NCBI GenBank assembly: GCA_050261235.1
Contig: JBLNDB010000038.1
Coordinates: 13,445-77,444 of the forward strand
Direction: 5' to 3'
Origin: Chloroflexota bacterium
GTDB lineage: Bacteria; Bacillota; Sulfobacillia; JBFLWA01; JBLNDB01
DNA: 64,000 nucleotides
The notes under the pieces are model-generated. The model had not been told where the DNA came from and did not search any database. It saw only the letters and a list, made by a program, of their open reading frames with translations. The position numbers and the translations under genes were made by a program. This document shows positions 19,894-30,665 of the stretch, piece by piece; the stretch's first letter is position 1; each line of letters starts with the position of its first letter.

Positions 19894-21016
19894 GTGTACG
19901 AGGAACTGAGACTGGCATTGGCGGCGGTGCACGCTACGCTGCAGGAACTGAGGGATTCACTTTGAACCGGACAAGCTGCAGGCCCGCATCGCCCAGCTTG
20001 AGGAGAAGATGACGGCGCCCGACTTCTGGGGCGACCAGGAGTCGGCGCAGAAGGTCGTCCAGGAACTTTCTTATCAGAAAGAGCGCCTGCAGGGGTTGCT
20101 GGCGCTTGAGCAGCAGTACTCGGACCTCGAGGTTCTGCTCGACTTGGCGGTTGAGGCCGGCGACGACGCGACAATGGCCGAGGTCGACCGCGACCTGACG
20201 AGTCTTGCGGCAGCCGCCGAGCGGCTGAAGATCAGCACTCTGCTCTCCGGCCGCTACGACGCCCTGAACGCCACACTGACCCTGCACGCCGGCGCCGGCG
20301 GCACCGAGGCGCAGGACTGGGTGTCGATGCTCGCCCGCATGTACCAGCGCTGGGGCGAGAAGAACGCCTACAAGGTCGAGGTGCTCGACCGGCTGGACGG
20401 CGAGGAGGCGGGCCTGAAGAGCATCGTCCTGCGGTTCGAGGGCCGCAATGCCTATGGCTTCCTGCGCGGCGAGAGCGGCGTCCACCGCCTGGTCCGGATT
20501 TCGCCGTTCGACGCCTCCGGGCGCCGGCACACGTCATTCGCCTCGGCCGATGTCGTGCCGGAGATCGAAGAGGACGACGAACTGGAGATCAAGCCTGAGG
20601 AAATCGAAGTCGACACCTATCGCTCGAGCGGCGCCGGCGGCCAGCATATCAACAAGACCGACTCGGCGGTCCGCATCAAGCACCTGCCGACGGGCATCGT
20701 CGTCGCCTGCCAGAGCGAGCGGTCGCAGATGAGCAACCGCGCGACAGCGATGCGCATGCTGCGCTCGAAGCTGATCCAGCTCCGCGAGGCGGAGCGGGAG
20801 CGCGAGCTGGCCGGGCTGCGCGGCGAGCAACACGAGATCGCGTTCGGCAGCCAGATCCGCTCGTATGTCTTCCAGCCCTACACGCTGGTCAAGGACCACC
20901 GCACCAGCGCCGAGACTGGGAGTATCCAGGCGGTGATGGACGGCGAGCTGGATCAGTTCATCTACGCCTACCTGCAGAAGTTGGCGAAAGAAAGAGGAAT
21001 TCAGGGGCGAACCTGA
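19894..21016 (+). CDS. prfB: Peptide chain release factor 2 with programmed +1 frameshift (shift at CUU UGA A, 19960-19966)
   Basis: Frame 0 from GTG 19894 (VYEELRLALAAVHATLQELRDSL) ends at the in-frame TGA at 19963. The +1 frame continues EPDKLQARIAQLEEKM…, through SPFD…GGQHVN and the GGQ motif. An SD-like GAGGGA lies 4 nt upstream of CUU. Confidence 0.9.
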
Positions 21017-21060
21017 AGAACTGGGTCACGGGGAGAGACAGGCCCAACGGAGGGTAACGG

Positions 21061-21762
21061 ATGCTTCGCAAGCTGATCATCCTGTTCATCATCTTCTCGT
21101 TGGCGTTGTTCGCCGTCACTGAACTGGTGCTGCCGGCAGTGGCCGCGAAGGCGATTCAGCATGGGCTGTCGAGCTATCTCGGCGGTGAAGTCTCCTCGGT
21201 GGCCCTTGAGGCCCACCCGGCGATGAAGATGTTGATCGGGCGGTTCGACAAGGTGACTGTCGAGACGCTCAACGTCGACATCGGCGGGCTGCTCGTGGAC
21301 AACCTCTCCGCCACCATCACCAATCTGTCCGTCAACCTCGCCGATCTGGCCCTGAAGCGCGAGTTCAAGCCGACCTGGGAACGAAACGTCGGCCTCACCG
21401 TCAGAATCAGCGAGCAGAACCTCAACCGCTTCGTCTGGGCGAATGTGCCCAACTTCAGCGACGGCAAAATCACGCTCGCGCCGGACAAGGCCGTGATCGA
21501 AGGCAATTTGCTGGTCCGCGAGCAGAAGCTGCCGGTGCGGGCGGAGGGGCAGTTCGTCATCAACAGCGATGCGCAGGTGTCGTTCGAACCGGCCACCGCA
21601 TCGCTCTCCGGCTACGCTGTGTCCCAGGACCAGCTCGCGCTGATCCGCAGCTTCGGCGGCCTCAGGCTGACGATCGATCTCGGCAAGCTGAAGACGCCAC
21701 TCGTCGCGCGCGACATCAAGACAGCCAGTGGACAACTGACAATCATCGCCGACAGCAAATAG
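21061..21762 (+). CDS. DUF2993-like (LmeA-like) membrane-anchored protein
   Basis: N-terminal TM then a beta-rich domain; GGAGGG RBS. Family assignment is from memory. Confidence 0.5.
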   Translation: MLRKLIILFIIFSLALFAVTELVLPAVAAKAIQHGLSSYLGGEVSSVALEAHPAMKMLIGRFDKVTVETLNVDIGGLLVDNLSATITNLSVNLADLALKREFKPTWERNVGLTVRISEQNLNRFVWANVPNFSDGKITLAPDKAVIEGNLLVREQKLPVRAEGQFVINSDAQVSFEPATASLSGYAVSQDQLALIRSFGGLRLTIDLGKLKTPLVARDIKTASGQLTIIADSK

Positions 21763-21814
21763 TCCCGGGAGACCAAGACATCTGAATAATGAACGCTGCA
21801 TGGGGGAGTACATC

Positions 21815-22258
21815 ATGAACAAGACGTGGCAACGGTTCGCCGTCTGCGGATTGGTCGCGGCGCTCACGGTGGCGAGCTTCTTCGTCGGTCGCGTGTCGAA
21901 GGCGGAGGGTACTCAGCCGGGGTCGCCGGCCGATCCGATCGTTTCCAAGAGCTATGTCGACGAGAATTTCGTCCGGAAGGGCGATGCCGGCGCGGCGCCG
22001 ACGCTGGAGGCGATCCAGCTCAAGACCGGGCAGGAACTGGTCGCCGAGGCGGGGACCGAGATCATCTGCCGTTCCGGCAAGGCCATTGTCATCACGTCAA
22101 CGGATGGTATCCCCGACATCACCGGCGGCAAGGACCTGACGCGCGGCCTGACCGCTCCCCTGAACCACCTGCTGATCGTGCCCCGGAGCGATGGACGCGG
22201 TATCAGGGCGCTCGCCGATTCCTGGGTGATGGTGCGGGGCGCCTACACAATCAAGTAA
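21815..22258 (+). CDS. Small secreted hypothetical protein
   Basis: Signal peptide (MNKTWQRFAVCGLVAALTVASFFVG) plus ~115 aa; RBS GGGGGA 7 nt upstream. Confidence 0.5.
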   Translation: MNKTWQRFAVCGLVAALTVASFFVGRVSKAEGTQPGSPADPIVSKSYVDENFVRKGDAGAAPTLEAIQLKTGQELVAEAGTEIICRSGKAIVITSTDGIPDITGGKDLTRGLTAPLNHLLIVPRSDGRGIRALADSWVMVRGAYTIK

Positions 22259-22286
22259 CGCCGCGGACCCTTTTTCGCGCGGGGGT

Positions 22287-23018
22287 GTGCGCTTGAGGTA
22301 TCGCATTCTCGGCGTGCCGGTCGACGCGGTGACCATGGCTGAGGCGGTGGCGCAGGTCGCCGCCTGGGTTCGCGAGGGCGGCACGCACTATATCGTGACC
22401 CCCAATCCGGAAATCGTCCTGATGCACGGCCGGCCTGAGGTCGTCGCCGCCATCGAGGGCGCCGACCTGGCGCTCGCCGATGGCGTCGGCGTTGTCTGGG
22501 CGGCACGACGGCTCGGTACGCCGGTGCCGGAGCGGGTGGCCGGCTCGGACATCAGCGAGGCCTTGCTCCGACTGGGGGAGCGCGAGCATTTCCGCTTCTA
22601 CTTCCTGGGCGCGAAGCCCGGCGTCGCGGCGGCTGCCGCCGAGCGGGCGGCGGCGCTGCACCCGGGCATCGTCATTGCCGGCAGTCACCACGGCTACTTC
22701 GGCCCCGCCGAGGAGGCGGCTCTGGCGGCGGAGATCCGCGCCAGCAATCCCGACATCCTGCTGGTCGGCCTCGGCGCGCCGAAGCAGGAACTGTGGTTGC
22801 AGCGCTGGACCGCGGCGACCGGGGCGCGGGTGGCGCTCGGCGTCGGCGGCGTGATCGACGTTCTGGCCGGCATCAAACTGCGCCCGCCGGTCTGGGTTCG
22901 CCGGATCGGCCTCGAGTGGCTCTACTACCTCATCCGGCAGCCGTCCCGCTGGCGGCGGCAGCTGGCCCTGCCGCGGTTCGTCATCGCCGTTCTCATGGCG
23001 CGCCGGGCAGGCCGGTGA
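22287..23018 (+). CDS. WecB/TagA/CpsF-family glycosyltransferase
   Basis: ILGVPVD…HYIVTPNPEIV…LLVGLGAPKQE motifs typical of TagA/WecG. Confidence 0.75.
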   Translation: MRLRYRILGVPVDAVTMAEAVAQVAAWVREGGTHYIVTPNPEIVLMHGRPEVVAAIEGADLALADGVGVVWAARRLGTPVPERVAGSDISEALLRLGEREHFRFYFLGAKPGVAAAAAERAAALHPGIVIAGSHHGYFGPAEEAALAAEIRASNPDILLVGLGAPKQELWLQRWTAATGARVALGVGGVIDVLAGIKLRPPVWVRRIGLEWLYYLIRQPSRWRRQLALPRFVIAVLMARRAGR

Positions 23019-23075
23019 CAGTGCGGGAAACCGCTTGCAGTGGGCAGAATACAGCTATTGTGCGGGGGTGGATGT

Positions 23076-23900
23076 ATGGAACTGCGCGACGAAGAATGCC
23101 GCGAACTCACTGAGACAGCGCGCCGCGTCAGACGCGAGATCCTGACGATGGTCACCGAGGCCGCGTCCGGCCATCCGGGCGGCTCGCTGTCGGCCGTCGA
23201 GATCCTGACGGCGCTCTACTTCAAAGTCATGAATGTCGATCCGCAGCGCCCGGAGCTACCGGAGCGCGATCGGTTCGTCCTGTCGAAGGGACACGCGGCG
23301 CCGGCGCTCTACGCCGTGCTGGCGGAGCGGGGCTTTTTCCCGGTCAGCCAGCTGAACAGCCTGCGCAAGCTCGGCTCGATGCTCCAGGGGCATCCCGACA
23401 TGAAGCGGACCCCGGGCGTCGAGATCTCCACCGGCTCGCTCGGCCAGGGCTTTTCGGCAGCTGTCGGCATGGCCCTCGGCGCCCGCCTGAACGGCGGCGG
23501 AGCTCATGTCTACGCGCTCCTCGGCGATGGCGAGCTGCAGGAAGGTCAGGTCTGGGAAGCGGCGATGGCTGCCGCCCACTACAGGCTGGATGGCCTGACC
23601 GCCTTCATCGACCACAACGGCTACCAGATCGACGGCCCGGTGACCGAGGTCATGTCTCCCGAGCCGGTCAGCGACAAGTTCCGGGCGTTCGGCTGGGAAG
23701 TCTTCGAGGCCGACGGCCACGACTTCACCTCGCTCCTCTCCGCCATCGGCAAGGCTCGCTCCGTCACCGGCCGGCCGCAGGTCATCGTCTGCCGGACGGT
23801 CAAGGGCAAGGGCGTCTCATTCATGGAGCACCAGGCTGGCTGGCACGGCAAGGCCCCGACCCGTGAACAGCTGGACCAGGCCCTCGCCGAACTGGCGTGA
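23076..23900 (+). CDS. Transketolase, N-terminal (TPP-binding) subunit
   Basis: [22 protein letters not shown] motifs; split-transketolase arrangement. Confidence 0.9.
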   Translation: MELRDEECRELTETARRVRREILTMVTEAASGHPGGSLSAVEILTALYFKVMNVDPQRPELPERDRFVLSKGHAAPALYAVLAERGFFPVSQLNSLRKLGSMLQGHPDMKRTPGVEISTGSLGQGFSAAVGMALGARLNGGGAHVYALLGDGELQEGQVWEAAMAAAHYRLDGLTAFIDHNGYQIDGPVTEVMSPEPVSDKFRAFGWEVFEADGHDFTSLLSAIGKARSVTGRPQVIVCRTVKGKGVSFMEHQAGWHGKAPTREQLDQALAELA

Positions 23901-23927
23901 GCCGACGAGACGGAGGGAGGATGCACA

Positions 23928-24875
23928 ATGGCTGACAAGATCGCAACCCGACAGGCCTATGGCGACACGCTGGTCGAGCTCGGCCGCGACAATCCGGACA
24001 TCGTCGTCCTGGATGCCGATCTGTCGAAGTCGACCATGACCGCCGGCTTCGCCAAGGCGTACCCGGACCGGTTCTTCAACGCCGGCATCGCCGAGCAGGA
24101 CCTGATGGGCATGGCCGCGGGCCTGTCGACGATGGGCAAGATTCCGTTCGCCAGCACGTTCGCCGTGTTCGCCGCCGGGCGGGCGTTCGAGCAGGTCCGC
24201 AACACGATCTGCTACCCCAAGCTGAATGTCAAGATCGCCGCGACCCACGCCGGCATCACCGTCGGCGAGGACGGCGGGTCGCACCAGTCGGTCGAGGATA
24301 TCGCGCTGATGCGCGTTCTACCGAACATGACCATCATCGCCCCGGCTGACGCGGTCGAAGCCAGCCAAGCCGTGCGGGCGGCGGCGGCGCATCGCGGTCC
24401 GGTCTACATTCGCCTGTCGCGCCTGGCGACACCGGTCATCTTCGACGCCAGGCACGAGTTCGAAATCGGCAAGGCGGTCGTCGTTCGCGAGGGCAAGGAC
24501 ATCTCGCTCTTCTCGACCGGCACCATGCTTGCGGCGGCCCTCGCTGCCGCCGACCGGCTGGCCGATGAGGGCCTTCGGGCCGAGGTGGTCAACGTGGCCA
24601 CCATCAAACCGCTTGACGCCGGGACGATCCTCGCCTCGCTGGCCAAGACCGGCTGCGGCGTGACCTGTGAGGAACACAGCATTATCGGCGGCCTCGGCAG
24701 CGCCATCGCCGAGATCGTCGTCGAGAACGATCCGCTGCCGCTGACCCGCGTTGGACTGCTAGACGTGTTCGGCGAGTCGGGCAAGCCCGACGAGTTGCTC
24801 CAGCGTTACGGACTGACCGGGGACGACATCGTGATCGCGGCCCGGCGAGCGTTCCTGAGAAAGACTCACCAGTAG
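23928..24875 (+). CDS. Transketolase, C-terminal (pyrimidine-binding/transketolase C) subunit
   Basis: …GIAEQDLMGMAAGL…ATHAGITVGEDGGSHQ…; immediately follows the N-subunit. Confidence 0.9.
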   Translation: MADKIATRQAYGDTLVELGRDNPDIVVLDADLSKSTMTAGFAKAYPDRFFNAGIAEQDLMGMAAGLSTMGKIPFASTFAVFAAGRAFEQVRNTICYPKLNVKIAATHAGITVGEDGGSHQSVEDIALMRVLPNMTIIAPADAVEASQAVRAAAAHRGPVYIRLSRLATPVIFDARHEFEIGKAVVVREGKDISLFSTGTMLAAALAAADRLADEGLRAEVVNVATIKPLDAGTILASLAKTGCGVTCEEHSIIGGLGSAIAEIVVENDPLPLTRVGLLDVFGESGKPDELLQRYGLTGDDIVIAARRAFLRKTHQ

Positions 24876-24885
24876 GCCGACAGCA

Positions 24886-24920
24886 GAAGACCTCCGCCCG
24901 GCACCGGGCGGAGGTCTTTT
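24886..24920 (+). terminator. Intrinsic terminator after transketolase genes
   Basis: gacctccgcccgg-cacc-gggcggaggtc followed by TTTT. Confidence 0.85.
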
Positions 24921-25093
24921 CGCGCGATAAGCGCCTGACAACCCACGTTATCCAGCGGTCTCGCCCGATAATAAGCGAAATGTGACAGGAGATGCCCAAC
25001 TTTATGTCGAAGGCAAGCATAGCTTGACATGCTATCACAAAATAGGTCGTACACTGCCCAAATCTGACGAATTATGTGAAGGGGCGCGGAAAC

Positions 25094-25780
25094 ATGATTG
25101 TCCTTCAGAACGTCAGTAAGGTGTATCCCAACCGGGTCGTGGCGCTCCACGACGTCAGCATCAAAATCGACAAAGGCGAATTCGTGTTTCTCGTCGGCCC
25201 CAGCGGCGCTGGCAAGTCGACCCTGACCAAGCTGATCTACCGCGAGGAGACGCCGACCAAGGGGCAGATCGCGGTCGTCGGCAAGAGCCTGACCAAGATG
25301 CGCGCCGCTCAGGTTCCCTACCTGCGCCGCAATATCGGCGTCGTGTTCCAGGATTTCCGTCTCCTCCACGACAAGACGGCCGAGGAGAACATCGCGTTCG
25401 CGCTCGAGGTCACCGAGACGCCCCAGAAGGAGATCAAGAAGCGCGTCGCCGCAGTACTCGAGCTGGTCGGGCTGCGCCACAAGGCCCAGGCCTACCCCCT
25501 GCAGATGTCCGGCGGCGAGCAGCAGCGCGTCGCTCTGGCGCGGGCGGTCGTCAACCGCCCGGCGATCCTGATCGCCGATGAGCCGACCGGCAACCTCGAT
25601 CCGGACACCTCGTGGGAAATCGTCAAACTGCTGTCGGAGATCAACTCGCGCGGCACGACCGTCATCATGGCGACGCATGCGCGGAGCATCGTCAACAGCC
25701 TCCGCCGGCGGGTCGTGGCGATGGAGCGGGGACGCATCATCCGAGACCAGGAACACGGGGTGTACGACATTGAGGACTAG
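25094..25780 (+). CDS. ftsE: Cell-division ABC ATPase FtsE
   Basis: Walker A GPSGAGKST, signature LSGGEQQRV, Walker B ILIADEP. Confidence 0.9.
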   Translation: MIVLQNVSKVYPNRVVALHDVSIKIDKGEFVFLVGPSGAGKSTLTKLIYREETPTKGQIAVVGKSLTKMRAAQVPYLRRNIGVVFQDFRLLHDKTAEENIAFALEVTETPQKEIKKRVAAVLELVGLRHKAQAYPLQMSGGEQQRVALARAVVNRPAILIADEPTGNLDPDTSWEIVKLLSEINSRGTTVIMATHARSIVNSLRRRVVAMERGRIIRDQEHGVYDIED

Positions 25781-26654
25781 CACGGTCAGCTACATCTTCT
25801 CCGAGGCGGGCCGCGGCGTCCGCCGCAACCGCAACCTCAGCCTCGTGTCGATGACCACCGTCGGCGTCTGCCTGATTCTGCTCGCCATCGTCGTGCTGCT
25901 GGCGCTGAACTTCGATGCCAAGGCCAGCGAACTTGAATCACAGGTGACAATCAAGGCCTATCTCAAGGCGGGGACGTCCGCCGACGCCGTCACCGGGCTG
26001 AAACAGGCGATTTCCGGCATCGGCGGGGTCAGCGAGGTCACGTTCATCAACAAGGACCAGGCGCTGCAGGAGCTGCGGGGCTGGCTGCAGGAGGACCCGG
26101 TGCTCGAGGGCGTGGCCGAGCTGAACGTCCTCCGCGAATCGTTCCGCGTCCGCGTCGAGCGGCCGGACCAGGTCGAGGCCGCTGCCAGCGCGATCAAGGC
26201 ACTGGACGGCGTGGAAGAGGTCGACTACCGCCAGAGCGATGTCGAGAAGCTGTTCTCGGTCACCCGCGCCATCCGCATCTTCGGCATCGCGCTGGTCGCC
26301 CTGCTCAGTCTGGGCACGGTCTTCCTCGTCTCGAACACGATCCGCATCACGATCTTCGCCCGCCGGCGGGAAATCGGCATCATGAAGCTGGTCGGCGCCA
26401 CCGACTGGTTCATCCGCTGGCCGTTCATCGTCGAGGGCACGCTGATCGGCGCCGTCGGTGCGCTGCTCGCTCTGATCGTCGTCTGGAGCGGATACTGGTG
26501 GCTGGCCGGCTACACCGCCCGCATGCTGCCGTTCCTGGCCATGATTCCCCCGTTCCGGGTGTTGCCGGGCGTGTCGCTGCTGATGGTCGCTGTCGGCCTG
26601 CTGGTCGGCGTCCTGGGCAGCAGCCTGTCGCTCCGCCGCTTCCTGCGCATTTGA
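25770..26654 (+). CDS. ftsX: Cell-division ABC permease-like FtsX
   Basis: TTG start overlapping the ftsE end; 4 TM helices plus an extracellular domain; FtsX C-terminal motif. Confidence 0.85.
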   Translation: MRTSTVSYIFSEAGRGVRRNRNLSLVSMTTVGVCLILLAIVVLLALNFDAKASELESQVTIKAYLKAGTSADAVTGLKQAISGIGGVSEVTFINKDQALQELRGWLQEDPVLEGVAELNVLRESFRVRVERPDQVEAAASAIKALDGVEEVDYRQSDVEKLFSVTRAIRIFGIALVALLSLGTVFLVSNTIRITIFARRREIGIMKLVGATDWFIRWPFIVEGTLIGAVGALLALIVVWSGYWWLAGYTARMLPFLAMIPPFRVLPGVSLLMVAVGLLVGVLGSSLSLRRFLRI

Positions 26655-26722
26655 CCGTTCGCGCGACAATGAACCACCAATTGCCCCGCTAATACCAACA
26701 GGCAGCAGAGGAGGGAGACCGC

Positions 26723-27871
26723 TTGCGCCGGTTCCGCAGCCTGATCGCACTACTCCTCCTGACACCGCTCCTCTTCAGCGTGGCACCGCAGGCCCGCGGC
26801 GATGAACTCGAGGACATGCTGAAGGAGTTCGACAAGGTCCAGGCCGAGATCGATGCCAAGACGAAGGCCCTGGAGAACAACAAGGGACAGCAGCGCGCGA
26901 TCCTCAATGAAATCACCAGGCTCGAACGCGATATCAAGAAGGCGACGAGCGACGTCGCCTACTACGAGAAGCGGCTTGAACAGGTCGGCGCCCAGCTGGC
27001 GGAAGCGAGCGCTGACCTCCAGGACGCGGAACGGCGTCTCGGCGAGCGGACAAGCCTTCTCTCGCGGCGCGTCCAATTCATCTATGAACGCGGCGCCGTG
27101 TCGTACCTGCAGGTGCTCCTCAACAGCACCACCTTCACCGACTTCCTCGAACGGCTGAGACTGCTGCGAGAAATCGTCGCCAACGATGTCCAGCTGCTGG
27201 CTGAGGTGAAGCAAGAGCGGGCGGATATCGCTGCCAAGAAGAGTCAATACGAGAAGAAACACGCCGAGTACACGGAACTGGAAGCGGAAACGATCGCCCA
27301 GCGCGCTGCCCTGCAAGCCAAGGTCGATCAGCGCGAGGAGAAGCTCCAGATCGTCAGGAACGACGCCAAGCAACTTGAGGCTTCACTTGACGCGCTCGAG
27401 GAGGTCCAGAAGGTAATCTCCGAGGCGATCAGGAAGCTTTCCAACACACGCCTCGACGGCATGGTGGCCAGCCGCAAGCAGCTCAGGATGATGTGGCCGG
27501 TCAACGCGCCCATCACCTCGGAGTACGGCAACCGCTTCCACCCGATTCTCAAGCGGTGGAAGCTGCACACGGGCATCGACCTCGGCGCCAAGTCCGGCAC
27601 CAAGATCGCCGCCGCCGAGCAGGGGGTCGTGATGACCGCCGGCTACCTCACGGGGTATGGCAACACGGTCATCATCCTTCACGGTGACGGTATCTCGACG
27701 CTCTACGGGCACCAGTCCAAGCTGACGGTCAAGAAGGGCGACAAGGTCGCCAAGGGTGACCTGATCGGCTATGTCGGCAGCACCGGCTACTCGACCGGAC
27801 CGCACCTCCACTTCGAGGTGATGATCAACGGCACGCCGGACAATCCGCACAACTGGTTGCCGAAGAAATAG
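26723..27871 (+). CDS. Coiled-coil M23 peptidase (EnvC/PcsB-like FtsEX-associated murein hydrolase)
   Basis: Signal peptide, ~230-aa coiled coil, and a C-terminal LytM domain (HTGIDLGA…HLHFEV); directly follows ftsEX. Confidence 0.8.
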   Translation: MRRFRSLIALLLLTPLLFSVAPQARGDELEDMLKEFDKVQAEIDAKTKALENNKGQQRAILNEITRLERDIKKATSDVAYYEKRLEQVGAQLAEASADLQDAERRLGERTSLLSRRVQFIYERGAVSYLQVLLNSTTFTDFLERLRLLREIVANDVQLLAEVKQERADIAAKKSQYEKKHAEYTELEAETIAQRAALQAKVDQREEKLQIVRNDAKQLEASLDALEEVQKVISEAIRKLSNTRLDGMVASRKQLRMMWPVNAPITSEYGNRFHPILKRWKLHTGIDLGAKSGTKIAAAEQGVVMTAGYLTGYGNTVIILHGDGISTLYGHQSKLTVKKGDKVAKGDLIGYVGSTGYSTGPHLHFEVMINGTPDNPHNWLPKK

Positions 27872-27930
27872 GGTACTGCAAGCGGGCTGGGCGCCGCCAG
27901 GGTGCGGCGCCCAGCTGTTCATAGCTGGTC

Positions 27931-29223
27931 TTGTCCGCTTCTAAAAGCGTCCGTGGTATGCTAATGTATATGCTGTACAGGAACGAGCAGGGGGGTTATC
28001 GTCCGATGGATCGCCGCCGATTGGTCATCTGGGCCGTGGTGATCGTCCTGATCACCAGCGTCGTCAACTACGGCGTGTTCTTCTACGCGCCCGTGCTGTT
28101 CCCGAACAGCTTGCTCGCCCGGCTTCTCCCGAGCAGCGTCGGCCGCACCGGGACAGCCAACTATACCGATTTCAATCTCGTATATCAGTACATCAAGCGC
28201 TACTACCCGGACGACGTGGATGACCAGAAGCTGGTTGAAGGCGCGACGGCGGGCCTTGTCGCTGCCGTCGGCGACCCCTACTCCTACTATATGGATCCGA
28301 CCGTGTACGCCGATTTCATGGAGAAGGCGATCACCGGCAAGTACACCGGCATCGGCGTCTCAATCGAGCTGAAGGACAGCTACGTCACCGTCATGCGGGC
28401 GTTCAAGGACTCGCCGGCTGAGAAGGGCGGGCTGCGGCCCGGCGACCGCATCGTCGGCGTCGACGGTACGACGGTCATCGGCGCGACGCTCGACGCTGTC
28501 CGTGACATGGTCCGCGGTGATGAAGGCACGGCCGTGACCCTAACGATTATGCGGCCGGAGGTCGAACTGCCGTTCGACGTGACCGTCACCCGGGCGCAGA
28601 TCCAGACGCCGACTGTGTTCAGCCGCTTCATCGAGGACGGCATCGCGTATATCCAGATCGACAGCTTCGATCAGACGACCGATCAAGAGTTCGTCACGCA
28701 ACTCCAGGCGCTGCGGGCCGAGCAGAAGATCAAAGGGATGATCCTCGACCTCCGCTACAACCCCGGCGGCACCCTTGAAGACTCCGTGAATGTCGCCGAG
28801 TACTTCGTGCCGAGCGGCCCAATCGTCGTCACTGTCGATAAGGCCGGCAACCGCGAGACTTCCGGCGACGGCCACAGCGACTTCGACTTCCCCGTGGTCG
28901 TGCTCGTCAACGACTACAGCGCCAGCGCTGCCGAGGTAGTCACCGGCGCCATCCAGGATGCCGGCACGGCGACGATCATCGGCACCAAGACGTTCGGCAA
29001 GGGTTCGGTCCAGATTCCGATCGAACTGAGCGGCGGCGCCGCCCTCCGCCTGACCATCGCCCGCTGGCGGACGCCGAAGGATCGGACCATCGACAAGATC
29101 GGCATCCAGCCCGACATCAGCGTCGAGCGACCGAGGAACGAAACGCCGAGCAACATGGACGCGGCTGACAATCCCAGCGTCAAGCAGGCGCTGGCGGTCA
29201 TCCACGACAAGCTCGGTCGCTGA
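27931..29223 (+). CDS. Carboxy-terminal processing protease (S41, CtpA/CtpB-like) with PDZ domain
   Basis: PDZ domain (GLRPGDRIVGVDG) and S41 core (LDLRYNPGGTLEDSV, GSASAAE, TKTFGKGSVQ); start uncertain among several early ATGs. Confidence 0.85.
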   Translation: MSASKSVRGMLMYMLYRNEQGGYRPMDRRRLVIWAVVIVLITSVVNYGVFFYAPVLFPNSLLARLLPSSVGRTGTANYTDFNLVYQYIKRYYPDDVDDQKLVEGATAGLVAAVGDPYSYYMDPTVYADFMEKAITGKYTGIGVSIELKDSYVTVMRAFKDSPAEKGGLRPGDRIVGVDGTTVIGATLDAVRDMVRGDEGTAVTLTIMRPEVELPFDVTVTRAQIQTPTVFSRFIEDGIAYIQIDSFDQTTDQEFVTQLQALRAEQKIKGMILDLRYNPGGTLEDSVNVAEYFVPSGPIVVTVDKAGNRETSGDGHSDFDFPVVVLVNDYSASAAEVVTGAIQDAGTATIIGTKTFGKGSVQIPIELSGGAALRLTIARWRTPKDRTIDKIGIQPDISVERPRNETPSNMDAADNPSVKQALAVIHDKLGR

Positions 29224-29266
29224 CGTCCCAGGCCCTACCCGGGAGAGAGAAGGAGGCGGACCAGCG

Positions 29267-30511
29267 ATGAACGCATTGTTCCGCGCGGCCTGGATGGTCG
29301 TGTCGAGCACGCCGGTGTTTCTGGTCTCGCTGATGTTCTGGGCCGTCGTCATCATTGTCGGCTACCTCTACAGCCGCATCGCCGCCAATGAGCGCAAGCT
29401 CTACGGGGTGACGTTCAACCGGACGCGCCTCCAATTGCCGGGCGCGACACTTCAGGGTCTGGTCGGCGGTCTGCTCGCCAGCCTCCTGATGGTGCTGGTC
29501 GGCGTCACCGTTTCGCCGCAGGACCTGACGTACATCTGGATCCTGTCGCTGCTGCTCGCAGCCGTGCAGACCCGCCTGATCTGCTTTTCTTACAGCGCCG
29601 GCTTCGTCTCCATCGCCTCGATCCTGCTCGGCTGGCCGCGTGTCAGCGTGCCCGGGCTGCTCGCTCTCGTCGCTGTCCTGCACATCACCGAGAGCCTGTT
29701 GATCGCCATCAGCGGCTGGCAGACGGCCTCGCCGACGACGGTCGAGAACCGCCGGCGAGAGACCGTCGGCGGCTTTCTGCTGCAGCGGTTCTGGCCGGTG
29801 CCGTTCTTCGCCCTGGTCGTCAGCGCCGCCGGTCCCGCCGGCGGCGGCGGCGTCAGCATGCCGGCCTGGTGGCCACTGATCCCGCCGGCCGGCTTCGCCG
29901 CCGCGGAATTGACCACGACGATCACGCCGGTGGTTGCCGCCCTTGGCTACGGCGACCTGGCAGTGACGCTGCCGCCCCAGGCGAAGAGCCGGGCCTCGGC
30001 CCGCAACCTCGCCATCTACAGCGTCACCCTGCTGGCGCTGGCCGTCCTGTCGTCCCACTATCCGGCGTTCGGCCTGCTGGCTGCCATCTTCTCGCCGGTC
30101 GGCCACGAACTGGTGGTCATCATCGGCAGCCGTCGCGAGGTCACTGACCCGCCCCTGCTCGCCCAGACCGAGCATGGCCTGACGGTGCTCGCCGTCGTCC
30201 CCGGCTCGATCGCCGCCGCGGCCGGCCTGCGTTCCGGCGACATCATCGCCGCCGTCAACGACACGCCGGTGCTGCGCGCCGGCGACATCGCCGAGGCGAT
30301 GCTGCCGCGCTGGCCGGGGATGGAGTTCCGCGTCCTCCGCGAGGGCGAGGAGGTCATCCTCAGGGCGACGCCTTGGGAGGGGGCACCGCTCGGCATCGTG
30401 CCGGTGCCGGAACCGGACAAGCCGGAGGAGTCGCAGCTGGTCGTGAAGCGCCAGACCGCCCTGGCCGCGCTCGTCGAGAAGCTGCTTTACAAGTCAGGGA
30501 TGAGACGGTAA
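29267..30511 (+). CDS. Polytopic membrane protein with C-terminal PDZ domain
   Basis: About 8 TM helices followed by a PDZ domain (…GLRSGDIIAAVNDTPV…EGEEV). Confidence 0.65.
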   Translation: MNALFRAAWMVVSSTPVFLVSLMFWAVVIIVGYLYSRIAANERKLYGVTFNRTRLQLPGATLQGLVGGLLASLLMVLVGVTVSPQDLTYIWILSLLLAAVQTRLICFSYSAGFVSIASILLGWPRVSVPGLLALVAVLHITESLLIAISGWQTASPTTVENRRRETVGGFLLQRFWPVPFFALVVSAAGPAGGGGVSMPAWWPLIPPAGFAAAELTTTITPVVAALGYGDLAVTLPPQAKSRASARNLAIYSVTLLALAVLSSHYPAFGLLAAIFSPVGHELVVIIGSRREVTDPPLLAQTEHGLTVLAVVPGSIAAAAGLRSGDIIAAVNDTPVLRAGDIAEAMLPRWPGMEFRVLREGEEVILRATPWEGAPLGIVPVPEPDKPEESQLVVKRQTALAALVEKLLYKSGMRR

Positions 30512-30665
30512 AATACGGACAGACGTCCTCGGACGGAAGGGAGGCTCCGGCGAAATGATCGTTTTCATTCGGCTCCGCAACCGTGTCCGCACCGGAGCAG
30601 CGGCTCGCTGACAGCCACCGCACGGGCACTGCCGTCCGTGCGCTTTCAACCGAGGAGGCCTGAGC

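Noticed and set aside
25025-25060. Sigma-A promoter for ftsEX (TTGACA in the spacer before ftsE)
   Set aside because: A -35-like TTGACA is present, but no convincingly spaced -10 hexamer could be identified.
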